DNA of 47,151 nucleotides from Archangiaceae bacterium. GTDB lineage: Bacteria > Myxococcota > Myxococcia > Myxococcales > Myxococcaceae. Shown here one piece after another: positions 44,228 through 47,151 of the stretch. Numbering within the stretch: the first letter of the stretch is position 1; each line of letters starts with the position of its first letter. A model generated the notes under the pieces. That model had not been told where the DNA came from. It worked only from the letters and a program-made list of their open reading frames with translations, and did no database searches. The stretch lies in assembly GCA_043750125.1 (NCBI GenBank), contig JAYVCD010000019.1, positions 1-47,151 of the forward strand, read 5' to 3'. The translations under genes were made by a program, and so were the position numbers.

Positions 44228-45631
44228 ATGACGACGCTCATCTCCACCCAGCAAGCCCTCAGCGGAAAGGCCACGGTCGGAACCGAAGTGACGGTGCGCG
44301 GGTGGATCCGCACCAAGCGCGACTCGAAGGCGGGGATCAGCTTTCTCGCAGTCAACGACGGCTCGAGCTTCGACTCGCTGCAGGTCGTCGCTCCCAACAC
44401 CTTGAGCAACTACGCCACCGAGGTCAGCCACCTCAACACCGGCTGCTCGGTCATCTGCACCGGGGTGTTGGTCCAGTCGCAGGGGAAAGGTCAGAGCGTC
44501 GAGATCCAGGCCACCGAAGTGAAGGTCGTCGGAATGGTCGATGACCCCGACACCTACCCGGTGCAGCCCAAGCAGCACTCGTTGGAATTTCTTCGCGAAG
44601 TCGCGCACCTGCGTCCGCGGACCAACACCTTCGGAGCCGTCGCCCGGGTGCGCAACTGCATGGCGCAGGCGATTCACCGCTTCTTCCACACCAACGGTTT
44701 CCTCTGGGTCAACACCCCGATCGTCACCGCCAGCGACGCCGAAGGGGCCGGCCAGATGTTCCGCGTTTCGACGCTCGACATCGCCAACCTGCCGCGAGAC
44801 GACAAGGGCGCGGTCGACTGGAAGAAAGACTTCTTCGGGAAAGAGACGTTCCTCACCGTGTCGGGCCAGCTGAACGTCGAGGCGTATTGTCTGGCGCTCT
44901 CGAAGGTCTACACGTTTGGGCCGACGTTCCGGGCCGAGAACTCGAACACCACCCGCCACCTCGCCGAGTTCTGGATGATCGAGCCCGAGATTGCCTTCGC
45001 GGATCTCGATGCCGACGCGACACTGGCCGAGCAGTTTCTGAAGTACGTCTTCAAGGCCGTGCTCGAAGAGCGCGCCGACGACATGAAGTTCTTCGTCGAA
45101 CGCCACGACAAGGAAGCGATCACCCGACTCGAGGCGTTCATCAACCTTCCGTTCGAGCGCATCGAGTACACCGAGGCGATTGCGATCTTCGAGAAGTGCG
45201 GCCAGAAGTTCGAGTTCCAGGTGAAGTGGGGCACCGACCTTCAGACCGAGCACGAGCGGTACCTGGTCGAGAAGCACGTCGGTCGTCCGGTGGTGGTGAT
45301 GAATTACCCCGAGGCGATGAAGGCCTTCTACATGCGGCTCAACGACGACGGGAAGACGGTCGCGGCGATGGACATCCTCGCCCCCGGAATCGGAGAAATC
45401 ATCGGCGGCTCGCAGCGCGAAGAACGGCTCTCGGTGCTGGACCAGCGCATGGCGCAGTTCAAGCTCAACCCCGGCCACTACCAGTGGTACCGGGACCTGC
45501 GGCGGTACGGGTCGGTGCCGCACGCCGGCTTCGGGCTCGGGTTCGAACGGCTGGTCGTCTACGTCTGCGCGCTGGCGAACATTCGCGACGCCATTCCGTA
45601 CCCGCGCGCGCCAGGGCTGGCCGAGTTCTAG
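44228..45631 (+). CDS. asnS: Asparagine--tRNA ligase
   Basis: [54 protein letters not shown] and GFGLGFER. Confidence 0.97.
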   Translation: MTTLISTQQALSGKATVGTEVTVRGWIRTKRDSKAGISFLAVNDGSSFDSLQVVAPNTLSNYATEVSHLNTGCSVICTGVLVQSQGKGQSVEIQATEVKVVGMVDDPDTYPVQPKQHSLEFLREVAHLRPRTNTFGAVARVRNCMAQAIHRFFHTNGFLWVNTPIVTASDAEGAGQMFRVSTLDIANLPRDDKGAVDWKKDFFGKETFLTVSGQLNVEAYCLALSKVYTFGPTFRAENSNTTRHLAEFWMIEPEIAFADLDADATLAEQFLKYVFKAVLEERADDMKFFVERHDKEAITRLEAFINLPFERIEYTEAIAIFEKCGQKFEFQVKWGTDLQTEHERYLVEKHVGRPVVVMNYPEAMKAFYMRLNDDGKTVAAMDILAPGIGEIIGGSQREERLSVLDQRMAQFKLNPGHYQWYRDLRRYGSVPHAGFGLGFERLVVYVCALANIRDAIPYPRAPGLAEF

Positions 45632-45643
45632 GGGCGGCACGCG

Positions 45644-46012
45644 GTGAAGGATCCTGAAAACCCACTGCAGCATCTGACCGCGCTCGACTGGATCGCCGTC
45701 GCGGGCGTCGGGGCAGGCGCGCTGTTCTGCTTTCAGTTTCCGTTTTTGATCGCGCCCCGCTTCGCGAAGATGTTCGCCGACTTCGGAGGTCCGCTTCCTG
45801 ACCTGACCCAGCTCGGGATGACCATCTGGTTTCCACTGCTGCTGGGTTTGAACCCCGCCTCGGTCGCCATTCACGCCCTCAGCGGAAAACATTCGCTGGG
45901 GAAACGCAGGTTGCTGATCGTCGCCGCGTTCTTGATGGCGCTGGTCGCGAGCGGGCTGTGCCTCGCGGCGATGTACATGCCGATCTTCGCGCTCGCCGGG
46001 AAGATAAAATGA
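45644..46012 (+). CDS. Small membrane protein with PilC/GspF-like motifs
   Basis: IAPRFAKMFADFGGPLPDLTQL and C-terminal AMYMPIFALAG. Confidence 0.7.
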   Translation: MKDPENPLQHLTALDWIAVAGVGAGALFCFQFPFLIAPRFAKMFADFGGPLPDLTQLGMTIWFPLLLGLNPASVAIHALSGKHSLGKRRLLIVAAFLMALVASGLCLAAMYMPIFALAGKIK

Positions 46013-46044
46013 GGTGGCGGGCCGCCCGACATGCGGCATGCTCG

Positions 46045-46088
46045 GTTGAACGGTTGACGTTCAAACGATCATCCGTTAAGTTCAACTT
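46045..46088 (+). promoter_or_regulatory. Sigma70 promoter with overlapping palindromic operator for higBA
   Basis: TTGACG (46054-59), 17 bp, TAAGTT (46077-82), then GTG 6 bp later. IR TTGAACG-N5-CGTTCAA (46046-64) and AACG-N6-CGTT. Confidence 0.7.
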
Positions 46089-46379
46089 GTGATCACGGGG
46101 TTTGCGGACTCAACCACCGCAGATATTTTCAATGGCGTCGATTCCAAGGCAGCGCGCAAGATTCCAAAGGTGGTGTGGCGGGTTGCACAACGAAAGTTAG
46201 ACCTCCTCAATGCCGCGACTTCACTTCAAGATCTCTCGGGAGTGCCCGGAAACAGACTCGAAAATTTGAAGGGTCAACTTGCGGGGAAATACAGCATCCG
46301 GCTCAACGACCAATACCGCGTTGTCTTCGCCTTCGTTGCCTCGAACGCGCAGGACGTGGTGGTGACGGACTACCACTGA
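46089..46379 (+). CDS. higB: HigB (RelE/ParE-family) toxin
   Basis: RKLDLLNAA, PGNRLENLKG, YSIRLNDQYRVVF and C-terminal DYH. Confidence 0.93.
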   Translation: MITGFADSTTADIFNGVDSKAARKIPKVVWRVAQRKLDLLNAATSLQDLSGVPGNRLENLKGQLAGKYSIRLNDQYRVVFAFVASNAQDVVVTDYH

Positions 46380-46392
46380 ACTCGAGACCTCG

Positions 46393-46656
46393 ATGATTCC
46401 CAAGAACCGTCCTCCCGTACATCCCGGAGAAATTCTTCTTCTCGACTTTCTCGAGCCCTTGGCGATGACCCAGACTCGCCTGGCGGAAAAGATGAAAGTT
46501 CCGATTCAACGCGTCAACACGTTGATCGCCGGGAAACGAAACATGACGGCCGAGACGGCTGTCTTGTTGGCGAAGGTGTTCGAGCCTTCAGCCGAGTTCT
46601 GGATGAACCTCCAGGCGGCGCATGACATCTGGCATGCCCAGCGAAGAGTCGGGTAG
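46393..46656 (+). CDS. higA: HigA antitoxin (Xre HTH)
   Basis: PVHPGEILLLDFLEPL, TAETAVLL and FWMNLQ. Confidence 0.93.
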   Translation: MIPKNRPPVHPGEILLLDFLEPLAMTQTRLAEKMKVPIQRVNTLIAGKRNMTAETAVLLAKVFEPSAEFWMNLQAAHDIWHAQRRVG

Positions 46657-46669
46657 CGCGAGGCGATTT

Positions 46670-47151
46670 TCAGTCGATTCGCACCAGCACGAACTTGTTG
46701 TTCAGCGACGGCTCGATCGTCTTCATCGCGTGCTCGGCCGGAATCGTTCCTCGCAGAAAGTTCAGCCGATTGTGCTCGAGCAGCATCCACTTGTGGCCCG
46801 GTTGGGCGATGAACCGGGGGAGATCTGCCGCGGCGTTGTTCGGACCCAGCTGCACGACCTTGTTGCGCGAATAGAAGGTCTCGCCCTTCCAATCCATCAT
46901 GAAGGCTGCGATCGGCTCGGCCGGCCCGCTTTGCGCCCAGTACCTCCAGAACAGATCCCTTTGGGTCCAGTGGTGAGACAGCGACACCCAATGACTCCAG
47001 GACAGCCAGAGCGCCAGGCCCAGCGCCAGCCCAGAGGTAACGCCCATCACCCCGCGGGCCGAGCGCTTGATCATCGCAATGATTCCCAGCACCGCCTCCA
47101 GCCCGAAGGCCATTCCCAGGGCGGTCTTCACCGTCAGCCCGCTCAGACCCC
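46670..47151 (-). CDS. Partial (3' end) ArnT/GT39-like membrane glycosyltransferase
   Basis: TM helices, then HWTQRDLF..Y...EPIAAFMMDWKGETFYSRN. The frame is open to the window edge. Confidence 0.6.
   Translation of the reverse strand, partial: GLSGLTVKTALGMAFGLEAVLGIIAMIKRSARGVMGVTSGLALGLALWLSWSHWVSLSHHWTQRDLFWRYWAQSGPAEPIAAFMMDWKGETFYSRNKVVQLGPNNAAADLPRFIAQPGHKWMLLEHNRLNFLRGTIPAEHAMKTIEPSLNNKFVLVRID

Overview
A high-GC bacterial window, most likely Myxococcota. This is inferred from a MYXO-CTERM-type sorting signal, Cys-rich lipoproteins, a PEGA Ser/Thr kinase and a giant TPR protein. No rRNA, tRNA or CRISPR array was seen. The first ~13 kb is a decayed accessory region. It holds an IS21-like end cutting an isochorismatase pseudogene, an orphan HlyD-type adaptor behind a sigma54 promoter, and a patchwork of 3' gene remnants (SPFH, Fis-HTH, DnaJ/TPR). 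It also holds an internally deleted RIT recombinase element between perfect 22-bp inverted repeats, a two-heme lipoprotein split by an in-frame TGA followed by DUF1501, and a group II intron RT shard fused to an acyl-CoA dehydrogenase tail. The rest looks like core genome: fabZ-like, a ~1360-aa topoisomerase III-RecQ-HRDC fusion, a catalase-like/alkenal reductase pair, AlkA-like, gcdH-like plus thioesterase, DUF2058, a sigma-region-4-like small protein, a pseudo-M3 peptidase and RluA. Next comes a coupled operon of Ser/Thr kinase, stand-alone Cache-like protein, MauG-like diheme protein, porin and type-1 copper protein, facing a second diheme peroxidase. The window ends with two surface proteins sharing a repeat module, GT2, the TPR protein, asnS, a mini-PilC-like protein, higBA and a partial GT39-like gene. 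The best candidates for under-described biology are the Top3-RecQ fusion, the kinase/heme/copper/porin operon, the RIT remnant and the sigma4-like protein. All family calls come from reading motifs by eye; no searches were run.
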